In this document: one piece after another, positions 22,087-43,537 of the stretch | Position numbering within the stretch: the first letter of the stretch is position 1 | Layout of the letters: each line of letters opens with the position of its first letter | NCBI GenBank assembly: GCA_963693365.1 | Contig: CAVNZM010000008.1 | Coordinates: 4,860,310-4,924,309, forward strand | DNA: 64,000 nt | Source of the DNA: Amoebidium appalachense | Taxonomy: Eukaryota; Protista; Ichthyosporea | Direction: 5' to 3' | Position numbers and translations under genes: made by a program | Notes under the pieces: generated by a model | What the model was told of the DNA's origin: nothing | The model's input: the letters and a program-made list of their open reading frames with translations, nothing else | The model's database searches: none

Positions 22087-25000
22087 TTACTGCTGCATGG
22101 CCACGGCGTCGTTCTTGCCCTTGCTGGCATTGTCGCGGTTCTTGCGGGCCAGCAGGCTGTTGCGGTCCTTGTCCAGCTTGAGCTTGATCACCTCCACCTG
22201 TGTACGTGCGTGTGTGTGTGTGGGAAGAGGGGGTTGTGTGGTGATGAGGTGGTGGAGAGGGGTTTGTGGTATGTGTGTGTGTAAGAGAGGAGGGAGGAGG
22301 GGGAAGGGGAGGGGGGGGGGGGGGGGGGTTAGAATGTATTGAGGTGAACGAATAAAAGATACGTGATGGAAAACACATTGCAGAATGCAAACCACGGATA
22401 AGAGAGTATGCATCACAAGCAGAGCCCACCCCCTGGGGGGTCCAAGACATCCACATTTCTCGAGCTTAGAGCTCGAGTTTGGCATATTGTACGCAGAACG
22501 AAGAACTCATCTCACGAAAAACACAGTGCAGGTTTTTGTGTTAGTGTGCATAGGTGAATATGTGGGTAGAGGTGTCTGCGTGCAAACAGTGTGCACGTGT
22601 GGGTTCAGGTGTGTGTGAACTTGTGCAAGTGTGGAAGTATGTGTGTGCACATGTACTTGTACGTGTCGAAGTATGTGTGAATTTGCACACGTGATACTTC
22701 GACACGTACGAGTGTAAGAATGTGTGCTATGTAGTGTGAGGGTGTATAAGTGCATGCACACCAGCGTCAAATGCATGTGCAATGAGCGTGTGCATCCCAA
22801 ACGGTTGCAGATGGCAGTGTCTCTGCATGTCTCCGTGTGTTTGTGTATGTCTCCAGCATATGCGCGCGCACACCATGTTCATGAAGAAAGACGTCCAAAC
22901 AAATGAACTCATATTTTTTTTGTCCATTCAGAGAAGAATGGAACAGACGCGCAAAATTGATGTAAGAGCTTGAACGTGAATGTATTGGGTGTTGGGTGAA
23001 TCACGCGTGTGTGCATGCATCTACGTCTCCGCGTATGTGTGCCTGTGTTTGTAAACTAGTTGTGTGTGCAGGTCTCTATGTGTATCGTTCAGGAGAAAAT
23101 CCGTGCATGCATGCATACAAGTGTGTGTGTGTGTGTGCGTGTGTGTTGTAAGCGCGCAAGTACACAGGAAGACAATAACATAACAATATTAGTGCAGAAC
23201 ACAAAATGCATGCCGCAGCATGTCTGTGTGCGCACAAGTCTGTACCCCTGCCATGTTTGCACAAAACGGCAGCCCTGCCCTCAGGGAAGACAACCCCCCT
23301 TCCCCTCCCCCTCCAAAAAAAAAAAAAAAAACACCAACCAAACAATCCCTGTTTGTCGGTTTTACATCAGCCAGCAATTGCACACAGACAACCCATTCTT
23401 AGCATACATACGGAACAGACACTGGCCCAGAAACCCTCCTGCCCCCTCCCCTACACGCCACAAACACACACAAGGAGAGAACCAAAGACAAACAGAGAAC
23501 CACAAGCAGGCCTGCTTGAATTTACAGCTCCACGATCCCCCCCCCCCCCCCCCCCCCCCACTACCATCAACACGGAGCTTGCCCCGTCTCGTTCCACAAA
23601 TCCCCCCAATTACTCACCCAAAGACTCGCATCTCCACCTCCCCTCCACCAACATCCCCCTTTCCTTTTACCAAACCGCCCCCCCCCCCCCCCCCTTTATC
23701 CCTCCCCCTAACCACCACGACCGCCCACACACACACCACCAACACCTCCACCTTCGACAACCCCCCCCTCTCCCCACCCACACCCCTCTCAGCGCGCCCC
23801 CTTCCCCCCCCTCACCCGACAAACCCTCCCTCCTCCTCCCCATAAAGAACACCCACCTCTCCCCACCCAAAACACACGCCCACGCACCTTCGAGGGGTCG
23901 ACGCCAATGTTGATGGTGGCGCCGTTAGCCTTCTCGCGCTGGATGCGCTCAATGTGGATGACCCACTTGCGGCGGTACACCTCAGTGACCTTGCCGCTCT
24001 GCCCCTTGAACCTGCCGCGGGTCACGGTAACCTCATCCTCCTTGCGGATGGGCACGGACCTAAACAATGAAAAAACAAGGAAACCGTTGGTGTGAGCGTC
24101 AGGTAGATAAGCATGTGTTTCATATGTATTTATATACATGAGTGCGTGTGGGTTGAAGTTTTGGAGTAGAGGGTTGCGGGTGGGCACATCTTGGGTGTGT
24201 GTGTGTGTGTGTGTGTGTGTGCCACTCAAAGAGAGACAAGTTCACACTCAGCGAGAGATAGAGAGAGAGAGAGTGTGTGTGTGTGTATGCATGTGTGTGC
24301 GTGTGCGAGCTAAAAACCATTGAAAAAACAATGAGAGCATGGTCTATCTCCGTGTGTGTGCACGTGCATGTGTTTGCGTGTGTCTATGTTTGAGCTTTCG
24401 AATAAACAAGGTTTTGGTATGAAAGGAATAGCGGCATGTCCCCCCTCCTCCCCCTGGTGTGTGTGTGCCTCAGCTTTGAAACAGACATTATGTGTGAGGT
24501 TTGGACTGCAATGTAGGCAGAGCAGTTGCCAAACATGGGCACATGATAAATTAACAAAATAGGCACACAAATTCACCCTCCGGAGAGAGAGAGAGAGAGT
24601 GTGTGTGTGTGTGTGTGTGGGGGGGGGGGGGGGGTTAATTACATGTGCGCATAGCAGGAGGAAACAAGGGTGTTATTCACTAATCTTTCGTAACGGAACA
24701 CAAGCACAGACGTAGTGTGCCCAAGCCACCCCCCAAACCACCCACACATGCAAAAGGCACGGGAACACGGACACCTACATGTCTTAAACACACAGAAAAC
24801 GTGGGAGGGAGGAAGGAGAGTGGGTGTGTGTGTAAACACGGAGAGGAGTGCAGAACAGCATGTGTCGGGTCAGGCTCATGCAAAGGCAAACAGGACAGAT
24901 GAAAACTTTTCCCTCCGCTTCTTCCCGAAATGTAGATATCCGAGCAGAAACACCCATGAACTCAGTGTATAGCAAAGAGTGTTGTGGCATTTATAATCAC

Positions 25001-26265
25001 GATTCCGTGCACACGAGCATACACTGCAATCCGTGTGTGACAACTCCCGCGCACTTTTAAATTCCCTCAAAACCGATTGGGAAAAACCGTACTCTTATTT
25101 TAGAGAAAACGTGGAGAAATGAAAAAGCCCCGATCCCATATCTTTCCGTGCCAAAGGGCAAGTCCCAACTTGAAGGAGCCCAACATCTCAGGTGAAACAA
25201 AATACCGACTTGGAAGGTCCCACGAGTGCCCAAATACTCGGCACTAAATGCATTGGGTTTCGACAAAGAACAACGCTCCGCTATTTGTTTCCTAAGTTGA
25301 GTGGTTGTAGCCTTGATCGAGGAAATCTGCATGACGAAAGGGTAGCCGGCGAAGCCGAAAAGCAGTGCTCAGATAAATTCTGAGTAATCGAATGTAGGTG
25401 AATGTACCTGTGTATGTGGAAGCACAGGTCCCCCGTGTTGTAAGTGCTGTAATTTAAACGTAGATCCCCTTGCGTGTGTGTGCTCTCCCTATAGTGCTTG
25501 CTGAAGAGTTATATTTGAATCTAGCTCGTGTTGGTTGTCCTGATAAACCAGCTATAGCCATCGGCCTACAGAATGTGTCTTTAGGGTGTGTCGTGTTCTT
25601 CGGTGATACTGCGTAGAAAAAAACAAGTCGGAAACTAAGCCGGAAAGGGTGCACACACAAAGCTGCATGGTGTAAGAAAAAAACCTCGACGTAACGCCAT
25701 AACTGCCTTCCAGCTGCGCCAACTCTTCGCCCGCCTTGTGTCGCGTTCACAACCTTTCCCTGCATCCGCCAGCTAGAAATACAAAGTGATTCGCAGGCAA
25801 CTGGAAGCTACCACCGTAACCACCATTCCCTCTATCCGAAAATCGAAGAACACTTGTATAGGTGGAAAACAACCGGGTGGCTGCTTGCTGTTAATCGTAC
25901 GTAGGCTCCGTGATGTTCCGTGTACCCTCCTCAAAAGCCCCTCTCCTGAACAAGCGTGATCCGTGTTCCACTGCCGTTCATCCGACCTACATCCGTCATT
26001 TTTCATCGTTACCTCAGCTATATACACCCACAAAACTGAACATATACTCGACATTTGATCGTGCCGCCGTCACGCCTCCACCTCCAGCCTCGCCCCTGTG
26101 GAACCTGTTTCTGCCCTGCAATTATTACCTGACATTGTACTTCTGGCGGAGCTCCTTGCTAAGGGGCGCAGACATAAGCTTGCGGCGAATGCTGCTGGGG
26201 GCGGAGAAGTGGGCCTTGCGGCTCTTGCGCCGGGAAGAGGAAACGTTCAGGTTGAACTTAGCCAT
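22087..26265 (-). CDS. RPL26: 60S ribosomal protein L26 (uL24), 3 exons, 139 aa
   Basis: Exons 26265-26129 ([28 protein letters not shown]), 24059-23888 ([19 protein letters not shown]...[16 protein letters not shown]) and 22197-22087 ([12 protein letters not shown]). Phases are consistent. Confidence 0.97.
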
Positions 26266-26296
26266 TTTTCTGGCTCCCTCTCTAAAAGACTTAGGC

Positions 26297-26311
26297 AAGA
26301 GAAGAAAGAGG
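26297..26311 (-). promoter_or_regulatory. Polypyrimidine TCT/5'TOP-like start motif of rpl26
   Basis: CCTCTTTCTTCTCTT lies about 30-45 nt upstream of the ATG, as is typical of ribosomal protein genes. Confidence 0.55.
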
Positions 26312-26562
26312 CGTCACCAGGGCGAACGGCAGTCTATTGAAGCCCACTGTGCTGTCGCAGTTTCACGCGATCTGGTCGGGGACTGCGACAGGCTGCGACA
26401 GGCTAGATATACCATACGATTGGTGAATCTTTGTGCTTACGTAAGGGCTGCACGTGTGTTAGGTGCCCCATCCTGTGGGTTTGCGCAACCGTTCATATAA
26501 AACCCGTTCGCGAGTCTCAGTCAGCACGGACAAAAGAGTGTAGATATCTCTCTCTCGCACTA

Positions 26563-26595
<33 letters not shown>

Positions 26596-27836
26596 GACAC
26601 CACTTTTTCTGACTCCGCCCTTGCAAAAACCGTCGTCTATCATGTTCTAAGATCACATGCCGAAATGAACACAAAAACGCGCACACGGAACCTTTCAGAC
26701 AGGCAAACAGTCCTCTTGGAACCAGCATTTTATTGTTTCATATTTCACGGATGCCTGCACCCATTGAACGGTTACAATCAGGAGGCACTGTCATCAATAT
26801 GTACATAAAAAGCATTAGACACAAAATTATAGCCCCACGACTTCGTCGTGGTATTACATAATACTAGCACAACGCTTTGCAGTTGTTGATCCCTCGCTCA
26901 CAATGACCTTAACAACCCCGCTTTGTCTAGATCTTTTATGTTCGTATACAAAATGCACTATCGTACGCCAGCATGTGCATTTCCACACAGCAACCATGCG
27001 TCTGATGACGTTCGAACAAACCTGCATCCAGTGTGTGGGTAAGATCAAAGATCAACCATGTATACGTTAATAAAATGTGTTGTACACTTGCTTGTACGGC
27101 ACCAGATCAGATGGTGGAACTGAAATGACAAGCACGTTACTCTTGCGCACCAACTCTTCATAAGCCCCCCCCCTACCCACCCAACCCCCCACCCCCATCC
27201 CTCTCTCCGTCTCCCCCCCACCCCGCCCCCCCTTTGTGCATTGTAACGCAGTATCATACGAATATTCCACTGTGCCAAATGCAACCAATGGCCATCGGAA
27301 GATCTTAGACTTTTCGGAATTTTACAGTGATACGGGGGAAAAGTTGAACAAGTGTTTGAAGATGGTGTGCTTTGCCCCTCTCTCCCCCCCCCCCCCCCCC
27401 CCTCCTCCCCCTCTCCTCTTCCCCACTTAACAAAAGAAAAAGTCCCTGAGACCACACTTTTTACATACCCCCCCTCCATCCCATCTGCACCGGCTGTCCA
27501 CTCAAGTGCTTGGGATCTGGGACAAGAAATTTTAGGGGGTTGGAGGAGGAGGGGAAGGGGGGGGGGGGGGGGGAAGGGGAGGGCACAAGGGTTAAATGTG
27601 TTCGTCATGCTCTCTTTATTCATAACACTATGCCAGATAATGTTATCCTATGCGTGGGGTGCATTCAAATCCTTAATAGGCAACACAGCCACTATCAGCA
27701 TGCCACCTGGCGACCAAGAGACTCCGATCCCTTGGTTTCATTTCATCCTGCACAAAAGCTAATATTAACTGGTCAATATCACTATTAAAGGAGCAGATTT
27801 CCCCATATCACCATTACAGGATCTCAGGTCTTAAAG

Positions 27837-28088
27837 TTTTGCACGTGTACCTCCGTTATAAAACGTCACTACTATACGTTGTTGTAATATTCATCCAAAC
27901 AAAAAAAAGCTCCTACAACTGGCTGAATTCTAACTTTGCAATATCAGTAACCAAAGCATTTTGCACGTGTACCTCCGTTATAAAACGTAACTACTATACA
28001 CTGTCGTGATATTCATCCAAGCAAAACACAGCAAAAAAGTTCCTACAACTGGCTGAATTCGAACATTGCAATATCAGTAAACAAAGCA
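27837..28088. repeat. ~122-130-bp tandem duplication downstream of the glycosyltransferase
   Basis: ttttgcacgtgtacctccgttataaaacgt...cctacaactggctgaattc...gcaatatcagtaa occurs at 27837 and 27959. Confidence 0.9.
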
Positions 28089-28140
28089 ATGTGCATCCAA
28101 CATGCAAACTTTTAGTAGAAAAAATAAAAAGATAGAAAAT

Positions 28141-29342
28141 TCAACGATATAGCCTTGTCGTGCTCCCCCACAGAGACATCAGATAACTACCCAAAACATC
28201 CGCCTTATTCAGCGCATTTTCCCTCCCAATTTTCTTCATCTCCTTGTGCCAAACTGGATGGAACAAATGATGCGGCAATAACTTATAGTCCACAACACCC
28301 TCCGCCACACGCGGAACAAACGGACGGTATAAACCCCCCTCCGCGGTAGAGTTGTGCATCACCATATCCGTGATAAACCCCGGGCCTGTAATTTGCCACG
28401 GTTTTCCGCCCGCAAGAGATAAGCTCCATGGATTTCTGTTAACCACCAACTCAGTCAAGAGGGTGTTCATCGTTTCACTGTGTGCACGGCACCCCTGCAC
28501 ACCGTTCGCCAAAAGCGCCGAAAGTTGGCCCCTTGCGGGATGATTGTTTTCGTAAGCGACAAAGCACTCCTGTTCCTCCCCAATACGGAGCAGAGGGGAA
28601 AGGTCACGCAAGCACTGGGTATCGGGGTCAACATAAATCCCGCCAAAACGACGAAGGATCGCCAATCGCAAAACATCAGAGTAGCGGAGAATTTCCAACC
28701 TGTCCTTTTTCCTCCTCCCTTTCACTGCCTCCAACAAAACCTCCGCTGACATGTTCAGAGTTTTCGTGTGGGTGTCGCACGCTAGCAATTTCCCCACCAA
28801 ATCATTATCCCACAACAAATACACGAATCCCTCCTTTTCTACTTGTACGTGGCATTCACCCATTACGCCCATAGGCGCTTTCTTCAAATCCCCCGACCCA
28901 AATTTGATGGAAAAATCCTTGGAATTTCTTTTCCTTGCACAAACAGCGAGGCAGGTAAATCCACACAAGGGTTTTGTTTGATTCGCCCTGCGATTTGGGT
29001 CGCCTCAAATGGTGCAAGTTGGGTTTGAGACATCTCCTTTAATGACGGGGTGGTATTCTCTGTAAGGTCGAGGCCTAGCATGAAGGGGGATGGTGGGAGT
29101 GTGTCCCCTGTTGTTAAGGTTGCGGGTGCATCCTCGACGGCGGCGTCGAGATTTACGACTCTGAAAGAGTACTGTAGTTTGTAGAGTTTGGACTGGGTGG
29201 CTTGGAGTGCAGCAATGCAGAACGCGGGCACGAATGCGGCCAGCAGTAGTAATAAACCGCGTGTTAAAGGGGCGGCAGCAGAAGACGTGTTTTTTCCTCC
29301 TGCGGAAGATGACACGGCTGGTCGTGGCATTGACATCATCAT
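28141..29342 (-). CDS. Glycosyltransferase family 32 (OCH1/Sur1-like, DxD) type II membrane protein; intronless, two apparent +1 frameshifts
   Basis: N-terminal signal anchor (GLLLLLAAFVPAFCIAAL), SDVLRLAILRRFGGIYVDPD, LANGV and TGPGFIT motifs. Removing one base from each of the runs at 28911-28915 and 28890-28894 restores IPRIFHQIWVGD. Confidence 0.8.
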
Positions 29343-30593
29343 GATGGACAGACATCAAAAGCTGCAGCAGAATATTGACGTCCAGTGGCTCTGAGATACC
29401 AGTGATAGCAGTTTTGAAGAAGAAACAGTATAGCGGAAGCACGGAATTTCGGTATATATAGCGGTTTTCGTGAGTAGGATCGTGGATATGGTTAGTACAG
29501 CTCAGACTAGTGCAGGTACAGTATGTGAAGGAAGTTGTTCAAAAAGTAGCCTTTGGTGTTTTGCGACAGAATTCGCTGTGACGATTCTCGCTCGTGTTTG
29601 AGCTTCGTTATTCACTGTTTTCTAGGTTGATGAGAACCGTTTAATATGTGTATTGGTTTCAAACAGTGCTGAACAACTACTACGGTACGTCACTAGTATC
29701 ATGTTGCACATTCAAGTCCAACTGTGCCTAAGGAAAATGCCTGTCTTCTCGTTATTCGTACCTTTGACCGTGGATCGAGATGGTCCCTGATCAAACTATC
29801 AAAGCACAACCTACGACGTTGGAAAAAGTGCGTCACTGACTGACTTGTGGCGGATTTTATCGCCCAGCATTCGTTTTTATACTGACAGCGTAGTGGCATG
29901 CATGGGCACCAGCAGTGCCAGCAGCTGGGCTGCTGGGCTGGCGGTATGGCAACGACGCCGCGGTCAGAGATGTCTTACACCAATCAGATCGCTCCAGCTT
30001 ATCGAGATCTGTTTCTATTGGGTCATCTAAGGGGATTGAATGATAGACATGGCAACGATCTAGATCTAGATCGTATACCCCGTCATCCGTGGCGCTGACT
30101 CAGCGTCCAGCGTACTCTGACCAACATAAAACCAGAATTTCTCAGTCTTGCTTTATGTGTCTCAGTGCAAGCAACATTTTGTCTCGTGATGAAAATGAGG
30201 GCACCTATATAAGCATATGCATGTACACATTGACAATGCGCGTCACGTTATAACACCATGTACTAGGTTTTTATGTATGTTTATGTATGCATATATGCAT
30301 GCGTGCATGTGCATACAGTGGTCGTGCATGACTTGTATCGCATGTGTGTCGACGTCGTGAATACCGAATCCAATATGCCCCTTTGATTTATTTTCTTTAA
30401 GAAGATGTGCAATAACGTTTGTACAAAACACACAATATTGTACATGTACACAAAAACAGCCCTTATAAGCATATGGAAGACTAGAGCTATACAGAGGGCA
30501 TCGGGTAGAGATAGAGAGCTCTAGGGGGGGAGCTTTCCCCGTCGACGCGAGGGGGAAGGGGAGAGAGAGGGGGGGGGGGGGGGGGGGGGGGGG

Positions 30594-30640
<47 letters not shown>

Positions 30641-31320
30641 GAGAGAGGGAGAGAGGGTGGGAGAGGGAGAGGGAGGGAGGGAGAGAGAAGAAGAGGGAGA
30701 GAGAGCTCGAGGGCCCCGAGAGAGAGAGAGAGAGAGACAGAGAGAGAGAGAGACAGAGAGAGAGAGGGTGATATAGAGTCTCGAAGATCTGAGAGAGAGA
30801 ATTCAAAGAATTGGGGACGGAGGTGGCCATGGAGATCTATCGCGGACGGCTTGATCAAGAGGTTGTTCCTCGAGCCCCAAGAGCAGAATGCCATATCATG
30901 CGGCCAGTTTAGTGAATATTACACGTGCATGCGGCGGCTAGCTACACGAACGAGAATTGATTCATATAGTATAGTAGTAATCACAAGAAACTAGTTAGAG
31001 AGTCGAGAAGGAGGGATCCGCTGAGTGCTCGATCGCGAGATATCGATCTTGCCGCTCGCAATCGGCGATCAAGGCATTTTTGAATTTGGAATGGGGGGGT
31101 GGGCAGTAATAAGTTTTGAGTTCCCCCGGGTGGTGGGTCACCCCCCCCCCCCCCCCCCCCCCCCCCCCAGGGGGGAGGGGAGGGGGGACCCACCTGCTCG
31201 AGGGGGTGGTGGGACCCCCCCCCCCTCTCCCTAAGTTGACCACCAAAATGGTGGGTCCCCCCCCCCCCCCCCCCCCTCTCCGGGGGAAGGGGGGACCCAC
31301 CTCTTTGGTGGGCCCCAGTG

Positions 31321-31374
<54 letters not shown>

Positions 31375-32151
31375 CGGGGAATCCAACGGGACCCTCCGCG
31401 CCGGCCGCTGCTGCGTACCCTCTCAAGTTCTGGGAGGCTCGCCTCCCCCTCCCCCCACCCCCCCCTCCCCCTCCCCCCCCTCCCCCCCCCCCCCTCATAT
31501 CCACCACCATCACCAACATTAACTTTGTACTATGTAACTTTGTACTAAGTCTTCTTCCCTTCGTTTTAACCAGCACTTCAAGTTTTGACAAAGTTAGGGC
31601 AAATCTATCATGCACAACATGTCACTGGGAGTACGTGTGCGTCTGCAATTTTTGTGCGGTGTAGTAGACGTGGGACCGTGTGTGTATGTGTCCTTAGGGC
31701 GGGTGGGCATTCGGCACTGCTACTAATCACTGTGGTGGCCTGACAATGTGCGAGTAAACGTCGTGCCACATGTGCAAGATGCGTTGACGCAATGCGCTTA
31801 GCATGTGCAAAATTACATGGCATTTCACGTGTGTGCTAGAGAAGAGGGTGTGTGCGCACGTGTGGGTGTCACTGTGCATGTGTCTCAGTGCGTGTTTGCC
31901 TGTGTGTGCGTTTGTGTGTATATGTGTGTGTGTGTTGTGTGTGTGTGTGTCAGTGATTGAGAGAGCTCCCAAATTTTCTGGCACAAATCTGCACACGCGC
32001 ATGTTCCTTCCGTGGCATGTGCATCAGTGAATTGCCATAATATGTGAGTGTGTGTGTGTATGTGTGTTAACGTTTCTGTTGTTCAATTGCAAATGATGAG
32101 CATTGATGATGGCGCATGATGCATGGATGAAATTGCGTCAGACAAATAACG

Positions 32152-32183
<32 letters not shown>

Positions 32184-32768
32184 GAGGGGGAATAGATAAA
32201 GAGCGAAAAAGAGGGCGCGGTGGTGGTGGTGGTGGTGTGATGGTGGTGGTGGTGGGGGGATCGGGGGGGGGGGGGGGGGGGGGGAATAAGGGGAAGCAGT
32301 TAGAGAGGAAAAAAGGAATTTATTATGTGTGCCACGTGTGCGCGCGCGCATCATTATGTGCCTACCACAGAGAATAGCATATTACCCTACGGCAGTCTGT
32401 GGGCATGAGTCAGTGGTCATGAGCAACCAGTCATTGCGGTCTCCGTATGAGATCTTAAGGGGCGTAGAGAGGGGATGGAGGGTGGGGAGGCGGGGAGGGG
32501 ATGCCTAGCTAGTAAGCAGGTCCAATTGGACCCACTCTACGTAGGGCCTGATAATTGATACCAATTAGTGGATGTAGAGAAGGTTGACAATGCCAATATG
32601 TTCTCAAGTTGGTGTCCAATATACACACTAATATATATTAGTCATGTTTGGGTACTAGCTCCCCCCTCCCCCCTCCTACCCCCCCCCCCCCCCCCCCAGG
32701 TGATGGTGGGTCCCCCCCCCCCCTCCCCCCTTCCCCAGCGAGCGGAGGGGTGGTGGGTCCACCCCCCC

Positions 32769-32831
<63 letters not shown>

Positions 32832-32962
32832 CTTACTCCTACCCCCCTCCCCGTTTCAAAATCAAAAAAGCCCAAGGGCTTGAGGAGAGGATAATCACCT
32901 GGCCATGCACATGGGTGGTGATGGTGATCGATATGTGTGCACGTGAATTGGTGTTGGTAACC

Positions 32963-33002
<40 letters not shown>

Positions 33003-34275
33003 CGTGTGTGTGTGTGTGTCATGTGGTGTGTGGGCCGGCCGGGGGGGGGGGGGGGGGAGGGGGGGGTGGCACATGTAACGGTCGGGGATCAGCACACGTC
33101 AGCACAGACAGAACCAACCAACATCACATATTAAAATGGTCAAATAGGTAGTCCCCTCTATGTAATACATTCACCCGACTATGAATTGCTCGATGGAGTG
33201 AACATTTCAGAACAGAGCACGGGCCATTGTTTATTCAAATGCACAGGGCTAAGCTGCTACGTAGTGCATTTTGTGAACCTGTGGCTGTCCCCACGCACAC
33301 GGGGAGCCCAGATCGACGAAATTTCAAACAGTATATCAAATACGGATATCACCATCCTCTGGGAAAAAAAAAAGAAAAGAAATGTACATACACTGCTATT
33401 AAATGCATTACACTATAAACATGTACTATTATTTTACATCGCGCGACGATAAACTTTTGCGTGTTGTCAATTCAAACTGGAGAATTTATCAATATTATCA
33501 TCTTGCAAACCAGTGTGTCGCAGTAGTAGTGCGCACAAACTTTTGCGACTACCTCACAACACCCTCACATCTGCGCACACGAATTCTGTAGGGCGCTTGC
33601 GTGCATGTGTGCGTGCGTGTGTACGTGTGTACGTGCGTGGGTATATGTGCTTGCATGCGTTCGCGTGCGTGTCTCGCCATTATCGAAAAGTACCTTGTAC
33701 AAAGTGTACACAGCTCTGCTAGAATTTTTTTGCGAAGTGCCAGTGATTAAAGTGATTCCCGCCTACACCCACAACACTTCAAGTAATTCCTTTGTTAAAA
33801 GTTTTTATCCTAACGTGCAAACCATAATATAAAACACGCGCAAACAGGAGAAAAAGGCGGGATACCCATCTGGCATCCCAGTGTTTTTTTGTCCTTGGAG
33901 AAAGCGATTGCAAAAGCCCCGCGAACCGTTCAAAGTGATGACACTCGTCGTTCTGTGTTGATTATAACAACCTGATTCGTTCGTAGATTTCACGGAACAC
34001 CACAATCCAGGGGTGACTCTTTCGTGTAATTTGAAGTGAGTTTCCGTGTCACTAAATGGAAAAATTGAAGAAGTATATGTTTTACAGCAAATGCGACAAA
34101 CCGGAGGGGAGAAGAAAAAAAAAAGCAAAAAAAAAAAAAAGGAGCAGGGAAAGAAGATCGGCATCATGTAGCAACCCCCGTATCGGAAAATGGGGACGGA
34201 AAAATGGGGAATAAAAGCAGTGGAGGGAAAAGGGTATCGGCGTCATGTTGCAGCCCCTCCGTATATCTCGAAATT

Positions 34276-43537
<9,262 letters not shown>

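Noticed and set aside
25910-26500. 196-aa plus-strand ORF
   Set aside because: It is the antisense shadow of rpl26 exon 1 and has no recognisable motif.
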